Source: Fibrobacterales bacterium (lineage in GTDB: Bacteria; Fibrobacterota; Fibrobacteria; Fibrobacterales; JAOPTW01). Taken from it: 64,000 nucleotides of DNA. The stretch covers positions 111,101 through 175,100 of the forward strand of contig JAOPTX010000042.1 in NCBI GenBank assembly GCA_051532055.1. The letters are read 5' to 3'. Below are positions 1 through 11,900 of the stretch, piece by piece; position 1 is the first letter of the stretch; each line of letters begins with the position of its first letter. Below the pieces are notes generated by a model. The model searched no databases, was not told the DNA's origin, and saw only the letters and a list, made by a program, of their open reading frames with translations. The translations under genes were made by a program, and so were the position numbers.

Positions 1-2
1 TT

Positions 3-410
3 GACCCCAAAAAAGTGGTGATTATAACGAGTGGCCATACCGCCTCAGCGAGTGAATTCCTCATTATGGCCTTAAAAGAGCACATTGATCTTTCAATAGT
101 GGGTCAAAAAACAGCGGGTAAACCAGTTGGAATGTACAGCTTTGATCTCGAAACTCACATGTTTTTCCCTATCTCTTTTATTGGTGGTAGTGGAGGAGAA
201 GACTGGGATTTCTATGACGGAATTGATGTGTCTGTTACAGCACAAGACGATCTGCTTCATACATTAGGCTCCGAAGACGAAGAGGTGCTCGCCGCTTCTT
301 TAGCATTAATAATGGGGAGTTCTACCTCGGCACTATTTAAAAAAACAATTGAGCATCCTATTAATCAAGATTTCAACACAGGATTTCACTCAATAAGAGG
401 GTTCTTTTAA
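3..410 (+). CDS. S41 family peptidase, C-terminal part (5' truncated by window)
   Basis: TASASE catalytic-Ser motif followed by IVGQKTAGKPVG, typical of S41/CPP-like peptidases; the frame stays open to the window edge. Confidence 0.8.
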   Translation, partial: DPKKVVIITSGHTASASEFLIMALKEHIDLSIVGQKTAGKPVGMYSFDLETHMFFPISFIGGSGGEDWDFYDGIDVSVTAQDDLLHTLGSEDEEVLAASLALIMGSSTSALFKKTIEHPINQDFNTGFHSIRGFF

Positions 411-482
411 ATAAATATAAGGCCACAATAAATTTCGCTGTATTGAAATGTGATCCATTTGGGTTACTTTAGCTGAAACAAC

Positions 483-512
483 TTTACTTTTACCTGAATA
501 TGGTGATATACT
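483..512 (+). promoter_or_regulatory. Possible sigma70 promoter of the giant-protein operon
   Basis: TTTACT at 483-488, then TG-n-TATACT (extended -10) at 504-512, about 30 nt before the GTG at 544. Confidence 0.35.
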
Positions 513-543
513 AGTACAAATATTAGACGTTTGAGATCAGTAA

Positions 544-3500
544 GTGCCGTATAAAGCAGTTCTGTTATTATTTCTATTTTGTTCTATACTCAAGGCAGAC
601 CAGACTTGGTTACAAACTGATTGGTCCGGTGGCTCTGGTCAAAATGAGTGGATAGTAATAAATCAATACTTAAGTGATGACTCTCAGTTACATACTGATG
701 ATGTGGGTGAGCTCGGTATAACGTTTAGTGTTCAAAACGGTGATGGTTCAGATGGTAATGTCACTATTTCAACGGTCAATCAGATAGTTAATACTTATTC
801 TGCAATTTCATCAACGAACACAGCCGCAGCTCAAAAACAAGTTGTAGTTCAAGATGGATCTCTATTTAGTGTTGGTGACGAAGTACTTCTCATCCAAATG
901 CAACAATATACTAATGATAATTCGAGTACTGCGGGCACTTATGAATTTGCTCATATATCATCTATTAGTACTAACACCTTAACATTCGTAATTAATTTAT
1001 CCTATGCCTATTACTCGGGAAACTTTGATATGGCACAGGCTAACGCAGCTCAAGTTATCCGTGTCCCTAATTATAATAACCTCACGATAAGTACCGCTGC
1101 ATCCATTACGGGGAGCCCATGGAATGGTACCACTGGCGGAGTAGTTGCCTTTAGAGTTAAAGAGAATTTTATCGCTTCTGGTGCTACGGTCACGGCAGAT
1201 ACTCTCGGTTTTCGCGGTGGGGCGGGTGGGGCGGGGAATGAAGCAAAAGGCTGGGAGGGCGAAGGAATACTCGGGAAAGATATGGCTGAAGGTGATGGTG
1301 ATGGCTGTAACCCTTGTAATAGTTATCCCACTGGGATTAACAATGGTGGGTCTGGAGGGTTTGGGAGATCAATTTATGGTGGTGGAGGTGCCGGTGGTGG
1401 ACACGCGGTTGCAGGTCAAAATGGGGGAGCTAAATATATTGATCAACTCGCACGGGGAGGAATTGCTGTGGGGAATGCTGCGATGACCACTATATTTATG
1501 GGTGGTGGCGGCGGCGGCGGCGGTGACGACGACAATCAACATAATAACATGGTTGACCCGAGCAACGATAGATACTTTTATCATATGTATGGTGGTCGCG
1601 GTGGCGGCATCATCATGATATATGCAAAAACAATGACGGGTGGAACGTTAACAACCAAAGGACAATCCCGTCAAACTCCTTGGGTAAGTAACGGAGCCGC
1701 CGAAGGGAGTGGTGGTGCCGGAGGAAGTATAAGAATACAAGCTAAAGATATCAGTAGTGTTACTCTTGATGTTTCTGGTGGTGATGGAGAAAATGACTAT
1801 GAACAGATTACCGCTGGCTGGGGTGGTGACGGTTCAAATGGGCGAATGCTTTTGGAGTATAGTAGTAAAACGAGTATTGTTAATCAGACGGGAATCAATG
1901 GGGCAAACCAATCAATTAGTGAAGCTACCTTAGGTGCTTATGAATCAGCAGAGGTCGTATCATCCATTTTAGATATGCAATCACTACCAGGAACTCTGTT
2001 TGGACCCATGAGTGCAAACTGGACAGCAACACTTAATGGTGGAGTAGTTAAAGTATATCTACGCACGGCGTTAACTGAAGGAGCTATACCGGGTAAAGCA
2101 TGGACTCAAATTGAAAAGAATGTGATTGTTGATTACTCTGGTGACATTGATTATAATGATAGGTATGTACAGTATCGCGCACTATTACAAGTCGGTACAG
2201 AGTCACCCGTTCTGAATGATATCACAATTACCCTTGGTGATGTTGTTACGCCTCCTACTACACCTGATTCACTTTTTATCTATGGCGATTCGCTTTTTAC
2301 TCCAGAAGATGAGATATTAAGTAGTGATAGTATCGGCTGGAATACTCCAACAGGGTTTCCTGTTAACGCATTAACCTATGAATTTGAAATAGCTTCAGAT
2401 GCTTCTAATTGGGTAGGGACAAGTCTATACAGTGAAAATATTGGAGCTGATACTCAGATTGATTTAGATACTATGTCTATTTCTTTTGTTGAAAATAGTC
2501 GGTATTTCTGGAGAGTGAGGGCTGTGCACCCTGATGCCTCAATGTCTTCATGGACAGGTGACCTACAATCATTTTATATTAATAATGTGAACAGTGCCCC
2601 ACATTCTAATACCCTCCATGAACCAACAGGGTACGAAATATTAAAAAGTACCGATACAATCACCTTTAGAGCTCTTGACGTCGATTCAATCAGTAATACA
2701 CCCGACATTTTAACTTACACTATCGATCTCAGTCTTAATAAATCATTCACCCTTATTGCAAGTTCATATAGCACAACAGATACCTTTGCAGTTATGGGTT
2801 CATTTGGGGTGTTAGTAAACGATCAACTCTATTTTATGAGAGTGCGCGTACAAGATGACGGGGGAGAATCTGGACCGACAATCACCCTATCAGACAGTAT
2901 ACGTTACCTTTTTGAAGGAAACACCCCTCCTCCGGTACCCTCATTTACTGGTGTTTCAGAAGATGATATGATAATAGAAACAGACGTGATTCAATGGAGC
3001 ACTTCTATAGATCCCGATGCAAACCCAGTACTTTATACTATAGAGGGGAGAAGTGATGTTAACGCTGCCGCAGTCTATTACAGCACTGGTATTTCAGCGA
3101 CTTCAGCAACGATTGCTCAACTCATTACTGCTGATTCTTTGGGCGCAACAATTGCTACCTTTAATGATAAGAATCTCTCACTCCGGATTAAAGCAACCGA
3201 TAGTTACAATGAATCGTCAAACTGGTCTGGTTGGATGCGCCTCCATTTTAACGCAGTCAATGACACTCCCTCAGTAGCTAGTATTACCGCTCCAACAGAT
3301 AATCAATTTTTCAGACCTCCACAATCAATAACATGGAACTCTTCATTTCATGGTGATCAGCGTGAAGATTCATATTTTAGTCTTGAACTGGGTAATGCAT
3401 CTGATTTTAATGTTATTATTGAATCGGATACTCTCGCTGAATCCGTGCACGATAAACAACTATCGACGTTCACAAAACTCGATCAGCTCATTGCAAATCA

Positions 3501-6500
3501 AGAGTATTATCTTCGCCTCAAGTCATATGATGCCTCAGGAAATAGTTTTGGTTATTCTCAAGTTAAATCATTTACCTATCTCATCGATTCACTTTTTGCA
3601 CCGGCTACACTCTACAGCTCCCCAGGAATATCATTTGTATCAGGTAACGAGTTTAGTGCAGAAAGTAGTGTAGGGTGGAGTTATTCTGGTGTATATTCCT
3701 ATGGTTTTTTAACCTATGAACTTATCATTGATAATGATGCTTCTTTTGGATCTCCAGAAGTACGCGATACTCTCACTGATACAACTGCTGTATTTACAAG
3801 TCTCACAGGGAACGCCTCTCTCGTCGATAATCAATTTTATTATTGGATCGTTAAAGAAATTCATCCAGATGGTACAAGCTCTAACTATACCGACCCAACC
3901 TCATCATTTTTTTATAATCCTATTAATCAAGCACCAACATTACCAACGAATATATCACCCTTACCATTAAACAATTTAGAACTGTATGTCACCTCTGACT
4001 CACTCTTTAGGTTTTATTCAACTGACGCTGATTCCCTCGGTAATACACCCGACCTTTATAGCTATACTATTCAAGTTTCTACTGATTCTCTTTTTGCTCA
4101 AATCATTTCTACAATACCTGGTGTTTTAGAAGATAGTTATGTAATTGGAAGTGTCCCCGGTCTCCAAGATAGCACTGAATATTTTTGGCGGGTTTTTACG
4201 ACCGATAGTCATGGAGCGTCATCAGATACCGCAGGAACATTCTCTTTTACGTATCTCATGACAAACACCCCACCTTCAGTGGTTCAATTTATTACACTCC
4301 CTGATAGTACCATTGTTGACTCTACCACGTTATTTAAATGGAATCGCTCCTTTGACCCAGAAGGTTCATCAATCCGATATTTCGTGGAGTTTACTCAAGA
4401 CACTACCCGTTTTAGTTTTAATATAATATCCGAAGTGACTGATACTACATACACTTATAGTGAATTGATCACTTTTAATACCATTAAAAAAGTACTAACC
4501 ACAGACACCCTCGATAATGATGTTTATATAGATACAACAACGTCACTGAGTTTTGACGATCAAACCCTCTATCTACGTATTTATTCAATTGATCAATTTA
4601 ACATTAGATCTATAGCCTCTTCATGGACCACGCTCTTTATTGATAGTGAAAATGACACCCCTACTCAAATACAGTTAAAACAACCTCTTGATGACTCTAT
4701 AGATCTTTTTGAAACACAACTAATTACGTATACACAATCAACCGATCCTGATCGATTTGATACACTTTATTACGAAGTAGAGATTTCTAAAACCGTTGAC
4801 TTCTCTACTTTAATGGGGAGCGCTACAACGGCCAAAGGCGATACTGCAATTGGATTTACCGAGTTTACCTTGACTGAACAGTTCGCAAATGGCGACTACT
4901 ATTATGTACGGGTACGGGGACGAGACAATGCTGGGAATAGCGCGGGGTATACGAACCCTCGGCCATTTAAATATTCAGCTAATAATTCTCGGCCTACCAC
5001 TCCTGTAATCACTACACCTGCCGACACTGCAAACACATTTGGTCCTACTGGTCTTATTACATGGAGTACAGCGACCGACCCCGAAGGTGACTTGGTAACC
5101 TATGAGCTGGTAATTGTACCGAGTGATTCTTCCTTTCCTGCCATATTAGAGAACGGATTGAGTTTTGCAACAAGCATAACAAATACTACTTATACATTGT
5201 ATAAGAGCACACACTACGAACATCTTCAAAGCGGAACCCTTTATGCCGCCTACGTACGATCAGTTGATGCTTTTAATGCACCATCAAGTCCATCCGAACC
5301 ACGATACTTTTGGTATTTCTCAACAAAACCAGGAGCGGTTACCCTTCACTCACCTGTCGATTCTACAGAAGGGGATGGTACACTCAGACTCACGTGGAGT
5401 CGCGCTGTAGACACCGATGCAGGTGTAAACGACACAATACGGTATGATATCCTTCTTTCCCAATCTCCTAATTATTCAGACACAGCCTTAAGAGTTAGTG
5501 TAGTTGGAGATACTTCGGCTGCCCTTCAGGATTTACCAGGGATGAATGATTTAGTTGAAGATCGCTATTATTACTGGAAGGTCTTTGCTGTAGATCCTCA
5601 TGGTGAAGTGAGTGAATCAAGTCTTACCAAACTATTCTTTTATAATCTCGGTAATCAGAAACCTAATGTCCCTGATAGCCTTCGCTATTTAAAAAGTGAC
5701 TCCCTCTTTCTTTTTGATGAACTCTTTTGGTGGGCAACTGACCCTGACATTAGCGATAATGGCAAGCTTGTCTATGACCTACAAATTGATGATTCAGATG
5801 TATTTCAATCCCCAATACAGTTTAGCAATATACCACAAGAGTTTGTTGCGCTCAACTATAACGCAGAAACCTTACAACTTCAAAAAAACCACGAATACTT
5901 TTGGAAAGTTCGAGCTCGTGACCCAGCTGGGGAGACGTCGGCCTATACAGCCACACTAATGTCATTTGTTTATATGGGTTTTGATAGTACCATGTTTGAC
6001 ATTTCTACAATATATACTCCATCACGTAGTGTCTTTGTACATACGGATTCGCTCTTTTGGAAACCAGTTACTCATTTAAATAGTAAATATATTGTACGCC
6101 TCTATGATGGATCCACAGGAGGCCTTATCGGTGTTGACACCATATATGCCTCTGAACTAAGTACCTACCGTTATAATGACTCCAGCATGTATATCCCATT
6201 ACTGGCAGTATTGCCTGATTCTCTATATACAGCAGAGAAGTTCTTTAATTGGAGTGTTCAAGCAGCTTCAGATACTCATGACCCTACTTATGGAACAGTA
6301 GTTTCTCATTATTTTTATTTAGGCAAAAAGGAGAAGCTTCAAGATAACAATAGAACCAGTGCATGGATTCTCCCTAAAGATAGTGTCATTCTCTATTCAG
6401 CCGATTCGCTTCTTAACGTTTCCATTCCACAGCATTCATTTAAGGATACATTTGGTGTGGCTTTTGATAGCGTAGGCCTCTTTTTACAAGAACTCCTTCT

Positions 6501-7302
6501 CGATACGTCATCTCAATACACTACCGAAACTAATTATCTCATTGGAAAAATAAACCGAGCCAATCGACATCTTGCTGCAGATCGTGGAATTAAATATGTT
6601 GGTCAGAAAATATTTGAGATTCATGCGGTTGATTTGGTCTCTCAAAAAATAATTCAACCGGATAGTTCCATTAATCTGGTGTTATCAATGCAAGTATCGG
6701 AACAAGATACTAGTGGTGGACGGAGGCTACCAAGGGATTCTCTCTTTACTTATTCTGACACACTCTATGATGTCAATGAGACCTCTATATTTTTGCTCGA
6801 TGAGATAGAAGACCGTTGGGTGATGCAAGAGAGTGAGCTCATAAACAATACAACCCTTAATGATAGTACATCTATATTGGCAAAACGAGCAGAGGTGAAC
6901 CCCCAGTCAATCATTGCTACCACAACGAATCATTTTAGTGTGTATACAATATTAGCAGCTAAAGTGAGTCTCGAACCCTTTAGTGACTTTCTTATCTACC
7001 CATCACCAATCATTACCTCAGATGTCACTGAAGAAAACAGAAATGCCCGTATTAGTTTTCGTATCACACAACCCACTGATATTGCCATTCGGATTTTTTC
7101 TAGAACGGGTAAGCTCGTATGGAAGCAAGACTTATCGGAAGTAATACCAGAAGATGGTACTAAAAATGAAGTCATTTGGAACTGTACCAATCTTGATGAA
7201 TATCTAGTAGGGAATGGTTACTATATCGTAAAACTAAAAGCAACCATTAAAGCGACCGGTAAAAAATATATAGAGAAACAAATTATAGCGGTGGTAAAAT
7301 AA
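544..7302 (+). CDS. Giant secreted surface protein: signal peptide, Gly-rich head, about a dozen FN3/Ig-like repeats, ZU5-like domain (NHFS), FlgD-Ig/T9SS-like C-terminal domain
   Basis: N-terminal signal peptide; WLQTDWSGG start; GGxGG-rich region; repeated W...DP...Y...YYWRV.A.D modules; C-terminal FLIYPSP...IFSRTGKLVW...W...N...GNGYYIVK. Confidence 0.8.
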   Translation: MPYKAVLLLFLFCSILKADQTWLQTDWSGGSGQNEWIVINQYLSDDSQLHTDDVGELGITFSVQNGDGSDGNVTISTVNQIVNTYSAISSTNTAAAQKQVVVQDGSLFSVGDEVLLIQMQQYTNDNSSTAGTYEFAHISSISTNTLTFVINLSYAYYSGNFDMAQANAAQVIRVPNYNNLTISTAASITGSPWNGTTGGVVAFRVKENFIASGATVTADTLGFRGGAGGAGNEAKGWEGEGILGKDMAEGDGDGCNPCNSYPTGINNGGSGGFGRSIYGGGGAGGGHAVAGQNGGAKYIDQLARGGIAVGNAAMTTIFMGGGGGGGGDDDNQHNNMVDPSNDRYFYHMYGGRGGGIIMIYAKTMTGGTLTTKGQSRQTPWVSNGAAEGSGGAGGSIRIQAKDISSVTLDVSGGDGENDYEQITAGWGGDGSNGRMLLEYSSKTSIVNQTGINGANQSISEATLGAYESAEVVSSILDMQSLPGTLFGPMSANWTATLNGGVVKVYLRTALTEGAIPGKAWTQIEKNVIVDYSGDIDYNDRYVQYRALLQVGTESPVLNDITITLGDVVTPPTTPDSLFIYGDSLFTPEDEILSSDSIGWNTPTGFPVNALTYEFEIASDASNWVGTSLYSENIGADTQIDLDTMSISFVENSRYFWRVRAVHPDASMSSWTGDLQSFYINNVNSAPHSNTLHEPTGYEILKSTDTITFRALDVDSISNTPDILTYTIDLSLNKSFTLIASSYSTTDTFAVMGSFGVLVNDQLYFMRVRVQDDGGESGPTITLSDSIRYLFEGNTPPPVPSFTGVSEDDMIIETDVIQWSTSIDPDANPVLYTIEGRSDVNAAAVYYSTGISATSATIAQLITADSLGATIATFNDKNLSLRIKATDSYNESSNWSGWMRLHFNAVNDTPSVASITAPTDNQFFRPPQSITWNSSFHGDQREDSYFSLELGNASDFNVIIESDTLAESVHDKQLSTFTKLDQLIANQEYYLRLKSYDASGNSFGYSQVKSFTYLIDSLFAPATLYSSPGISFVSGNEFSAESSVGWSYSGVYSYGFLTYELIIDNDASFGSPEVRDTLTDTTAVFTSLTGNASLVDNQFYYWIVKEIHPDGTSSNYTDPTSSFFYNPINQAPTLPTNISPLPLNNLELYVTSDSLFRFYSTDADSLGNTPDLYSYTIQVSTDSLFAQIISTIPGVLEDSYVIGSVPGLQDSTEYFWRVFTTDSHGASSDTAGTFSFTYLMTNTPPSVVQFITLPDSTIVDSTTLFKWNRSFDPEGSSIRYFVEFTQDTTRFSFNIISEVTDTTYTYSELITFNTIKKVLTTDTLDNDVYIDTTTSLSFDDQTLYLRIYSIDQFNIRSIASSWTTLFIDSENDTPTQIQLKQPLDDSIDLFETQLITYTQSTDPDRFDTLYYEVEISKTVDFSTLMGSATTAKGDTAIGFTEFTLTEQFANGDYYYVRVRGRDNAGNSAGYTNPRPFKYSANNSRPTTPVITTPADTANTFGPTGLITWSTATDPEGDLVTYELVIVPSDSSFPAILENGLSFATSITNTTYTLYKSTHYEHLQSGTLYAAYVRSVDAFNAPSSPSEPRYFWYFSTKPGAVTLHSPVDSTEGDGTLRLTWSRAVDTDAGVNDTIRYDILLSQSPNYSDTALRVSVVGDTSAALQDLPGMNDLVEDRYYYWKVFAVDPHGEVSESSLTKLFFYNLGNQKPNVPDSLRYLKSDSLFLFDELFWWATDPDISDNGKLVYDLQIDDSDVFQSPIQFSNIPQEFVALNYNAETLQLQKNHEYFWKVRARDPAGETSAYTATLMSFVYMGFDSTMFDISTIYTPSRSVFVHTDSLFWKPVTHLNSKYIVRLYDGSTGGLIGVDTIYASELSTYRYNDSSMYIPLLAVLPDSLYTAEKFFNWSVQAASDTHDPTYGTVVSHYFYLGKKEKLQDNNRTSAWILPKDSVILYSADSLLNVSIPQHSFKDTFGVAFDSVGLFLQELLLDTSSQYTTETNYLIGKINRANRHLAADRGIKYVGQKIFEIHAVDLVSQKIIQPDSSINLVLSMQVSEQDTSGGRRLPRDSLFTYSDTLYDVNETSIFLLDEIEDRWVMQESELINNTTLNDSTSILAKRAEVNPQSIIATTTNHFSVYTILAAKVSLEPFSDFLIYPSPIITSDVTEENRNARISFRITQPTDIAIRIFSRTGKLVWKQDLSEVIPEDGTKNEVIWNCTNLDEYLVGNGYYIVKLKATIKATGKKYIEKQIIAVVK

Positions 7303-8954
7303 TGGTACGATTATACGCCATACTCCTATCTTATTTAGTTTCTATGTCGACAATTAAGGCCGCTAATCTAGAGCCATTTAATCCCATTAATCTCACGACA
7401 GGAAATCAAGATACTCTACTCTTCTTTTTTGAAGCACTGACCTGGGAGGGCAGTGACCCCGATTCATTAGATACACTATTATCCTATCGGATTCAAATTG
7501 ATGACGACAGTAATTTTGCATCACCAGTACTCCAACTGGATACTACTGCATCATCAGTTTTTATTAGTGATTTTAATAACTATTCACAAAAACTTACAAA
7601 TGAAACAACGTACTACTGGAGGGTTCGAGCTAAAGACTCCGACGGGCTGCTATCGGATTATTCCGTAGCCAGTCTGGGTTATAACTTTGTTAATGGCGTC
7701 AACATGCTTGACATCCCTTCAGTAGTTTCGTTTTCACATACAATTAAAGAGCCTACCGACTCTCTTTTTTGGCAATCAGCACTCTATTATGATGCAGAAT
7801 ATACTGTAGAACTCTTTAGAGATGATAGTTCGGTCATTCAAAGCAGAACATTAATTCCCTCAACCAATGATTCTTCTATGTTCATTGGTTCTAACATGTT
7901 TATATCTATTAGTCACCTTTTTGGTGATAGTACCATAGAACCTTTTACGAGTTATTTCTGGACTATACAAGCTTTTGCGAACAACTTGGGCTCATTATCG
8001 GGAATACGTTCTGAGAGGCAACATCTATTTATACACGATAGCACGAATCAGTTGATCACTGCAGCAACAACCCATGCGTGGTCTATTTCTCATAAAGATC
8101 AAGAGATTTTTTCAGCTGACTCACTCATGGTTATCACTATTCCTGACTCAGCATTTGGGGAGACTACTGTTACGGTACTCATCAGTGAACTTCCTGGTGA
8201 GAGTGTTACCGACAGTAGTTCTAGTACAGGAGCCCATAATAACATTGTGTCAGCTCAAAATAATCTTACCGCAGATCGGTTTAGACGTACACTGGGACAA
8301 AAAATTTATGCTATTGATGCTTTGAATAGCAGAACTATGAATCCAATAGCACCTCTCAAAGGTAAAGAAGTCATACTGTCCCAAGCCATTATCCTTAATG
8401 ACACTACATTAACCTCTAATACTCCCATTGAAAGTGCAACGATAGCACAGCTTGATACAACAAGAAATGAGTGGGCCGTTCAATCTTCATCATTGATTTC
8501 TATACAAAGCCAAGAATCTCTTGATTTTTTCAAGTCACACTCTGACCAGCAGTTAACGCATTACATGCAACACACCACCAATCACTTTAGCTATTATACC
8601 ATCCTGTTTCGAGGAGTGGATAGCGAGCCATTTTCCGATTTTTTAGTCTATCCATCACCTATTATTCTCAGTCATGGAACTGATGAAATAAAGAACGCTC
8701 ATATATCATATAGCCTGACAGCAGAGACCTCGATTTCCATAAATATATTCTCGAGAACCGGTAAATTAGTGTGGTCAAAAGACACCATTCATATCGCACC
8801 AACTGATGGCCTTAAAAGTGAAATAGTTTGGAATGGCACTAATAGTGAAGGTACTGTAGTAGGTAATGGTTATTATGTGGTAAAATTGGCAGCAAAAATT
8901 AAAGGTATCGACCGTTACTATAGGGCCAAACAATTAATAGCGGTGGTAAAATAG
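7302..8954 (+). CDS. Short paralogue: signal peptide, two FN3-like modules, ZU5-like domain (NHFS), FlgD-Ig/T9SS-like CTD
   Basis: Overlaps the upstream stop (TAATG); colinear with the last ~550 aa of the two giant proteins; same YPSP/SRTGKLVW/GNGYY/QLIAVVK C-terminus. Confidence 0.8.
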   Translation: MVRLYAILLSYLVSMSTIKAANLEPFNPINLTTGNQDTLLFFFEALTWEGSDPDSLDTLLSYRIQIDDDSNFASPVLQLDTTASSVFISDFNNYSQKLTNETTYYWRVRAKDSDGLLSDYSVASLGYNFVNGVNMLDIPSVVSFSHTIKEPTDSLFWQSALYYDAEYTVELFRDDSSVIQSRTLIPSTNDSSMFIGSNMFISISHLFGDSTIEPFTSYFWTIQAFANNLGSLSGIRSERQHLFIHDSTNQLITAATTHAWSISHKDQEIFSADSLMVITIPDSAFGETTVTVLISELPGESVTDSSSSTGAHNNIVSAQNNLTADRFRRTLGQKIYAIDALNSRTMNPIAPLKGKEVILSQAIILNDTTLTSNTPIESATIAQLDTTRNEWAVQSSSLISIQSQESLDFFKSHSDQQLTHYMQHTTNHFSYYTILFRGVDSEPFSDFLVYPSPIILSHGTDEIKNAHISYSLTAETSISINIFSRTGKLVWSKDTIHIAPTDGLKSEIVWNGTNSEGTVVGNGYYVVKLAAKIKGIDRYYRAKQLIAVVK

Positions 8955-8955
8955 T

Positions 8956-11900
8956 ATGAACCGAGTCTTTTCAACTTCTTGCTTAATGCGTAATCTATTC
9001 ATTGGATTATTCGTTGGCTTTTATGGACCGCTCACTGCAGCTAATACTCATTGGACTCAAACTGATTGGTCTGGTGGGTCTGGACAAAACATTTGGAGTA
9101 ATTCTACTCAGTATGGGTCTGATGATGGGTTGATAAAAACCTCTATTACCAATCAATTATCTATAGAGAATTCCATTAATACAGGAACGGGAACCATAGA
9201 TCTTATTGTTTCATTAGATAGTACTGTAATTAATGAATATAGCGCAGTCATTGGATCCCCTTCTGCAGGATCATTTACTATTGATGTGAGTAATGGATCC
9301 CTTTTTCAAAATGGAAGTGAAATTTTAATCCATCAGACACAACACGCCGATAGTGCAGGAAACTATGAGTTTCATACAGTAGTTTCTAAGGTGGGGAACA
9401 CCCTAAATCTAGATTCGGGTTTAATACATACCTATTATTCTGGAACAGATAATGTGACGGTTTCAAGTACTGCCCAAGTAGTTTCAGTGCCCCATTATAA
9501 CTCAGTAACAATTAATAATGGAGTCACCATGGAATCACGTGAATGGGATGGTGTCACTGGTGGTATTGTCATATTTCGTACTAAAGAGACTGTTACACTT
9601 AATGGCTATATCGATGTAGATGGCCAAGGATTTCGAGGCGGAAATTGTGGGACCTGTGGAGATGCCGCGTGGGGGACTCAAGGTGAAGGTCATACGGGTA
9701 TTGGTGGAAATAGTGTAGTCGCAAACGGTAGTGGTGGCGGTGGTGGATATGGACCATCGGGCATTGGTGGGGAGCCAGGTGCTGGGGGAGGGCATGCTTT
9801 TGCGGGGAGCTCTCCCGCAAGTTATGGAGCGCCGAGTCAGCCCATAGGTGGCGTTGCTGTTGGGGATCCGCAACTCTCCAAAATACTTTTTGGAGGAGGT
9901 GCTGGTGCAGGTGGAGATAATGATAATGGAACTCCATTTCCACAATATGTAAATGGGGGAGGAATTGTGATACTCTTTGCTAAAACAATCGTTGATGCAA
10001 GAATAACATCTAAAGGTGAAGATGGTGTTTTTTCATCTGGAGCAGGAGGAGTGACAGGAGGGGGCGCTGGGGGCGCCATATTATTATCAGCCAAAACTAT
10101 TACAACCCAATCAGTAGATGCTTCTGGTGGTGCTGCAACACCGGGTTCATCACCAGATATTGGGGGGGCGGGGAGTGTTGGAAGAATCAGAATTGATGTT
10201 GAAACCTGCACTGGTTGTACAACTACTCCTACACCCGTGGAAAATATTATTGCGGTAGCAGACTCGGCGGTATTACTCTCTTCTATTTATGCTTTTAACA
10301 ATTCTGACTATTATGGTCCCTATAGAATTAACTGGGAATTTACTGACAATGGGGGGAGTGTTGATGTTTGGATTCGGACTGCCTCAACTACAGGGTCAAT
10401 ACCGGGGGAACCATGGGTACCGGTTATCAAAAATGCCCGAACTGATTTTAATACTGGTTTTTCAAATTCCGATGCCTATGTTCAATACAAAGTAACCCTT
10501 ACTAAAGGCTCAGCAGATAGTCCTATTTTTGAGGAAATAAATATTGAACTCGGAGAAAAACAGACCCCTTTAACTGCTCCAGTAAGACTTTATCTTGGAA
10601 ATGATGTTCTGTTTACCTCTGAAGATGTGCGTTCCCCCGGAGACAACCTATCATGGAGTCAAGATACAACGTTTCCAAGTAACTTTCTTTCCTATGAATT
10701 ATTCATATCTCCTAATGCAAACTATTCTACGATACTGTATCAAGGTAATGTCGGGGGAGACACCCTAGTGAGTCTCGACACCCTGACACTATCTTCGGCC
10801 CTGCAGGATAATACTCCATATTATTGGGCAGTACGTTCTAAAGATGTCGATAATGTAGTCTCAACCTATACTTCACTGGGTAATAGATTTATTTACAATT
10901 CAATAAATCAACCTCCTCCCATACCCGCTATTTACACCAATAGTGGCATTGCGCTCACAGCTACTCAACCTCTGTATTTTAAAAGTCAGGACCCTGACTC
11001 CTTAGGTAACCAACCTGACCAATTAACCTATCGTATTGAACTGGATACAGATCCAGCATTTGGTTCAATTGACGTAACCCATACAACACAAGACACGACT
11101 CCACTTACAGGTTCGATCGCAGGCCTTGTCAATGCCACAAATTACTTTTGGCGTGTTTGGACTGAAGACGACAGTAGTGCAGTGTCTTCTAAAACTACGG
11201 GAACTCACTGGTTTACTTATATACATAGTAATAGCCCACCTTCCGCTATTTCATTGACACTTTTTATTGACGACACAGAATTTTTCGGTGATTCACTCAT
11301 TCGTTGGAATAAGTCCATCGATCCAGAAGGTAATCCCATTACCTATATAATTGAAGGGAGACACAACACTTTTGGGGACACACTTCTATATGCTACTATT
11401 CTTTCAGATACCGCACTTACCTTAAATCAATTGATTGATAGTAATGATATAACAACAGCAGTATCAGAATTTAATGATAGGGATTTTGTTATTCGCGTTA
11501 AAGCCCGCGATTCCTATCAACTAGAGTCCATAGTTTCGGATTGGAAACCTGTCCACTTTAATCAAATTAATGATGTTCCTTCTGCCGTTACAATTACAAC
11601 ACCCTTGGATTCATTAAAACTACGGCCACCAGAAAAAATACGCTATAGTGCATCGTTTCATTCAGATCAAAGAGAGGATATTTTTTATGAAGTAGAGTTG
11701 GGGGCTGACCCTCATTTCATTGCTTCGCTTTCAAAAGATACTGTCCCCGAAGACTCTACTTCTGTACCTTTACAAAACCTCGGTGGTCACTCAACGCTCA
11801 CTATTAACAATTTTTATTATCTTCGGGTCGCAGCATTTGATGCAAACGGAAATAAAGCGTCGAGCTCACCTGTGCGAACATTTCAATATTCAATTGATTC

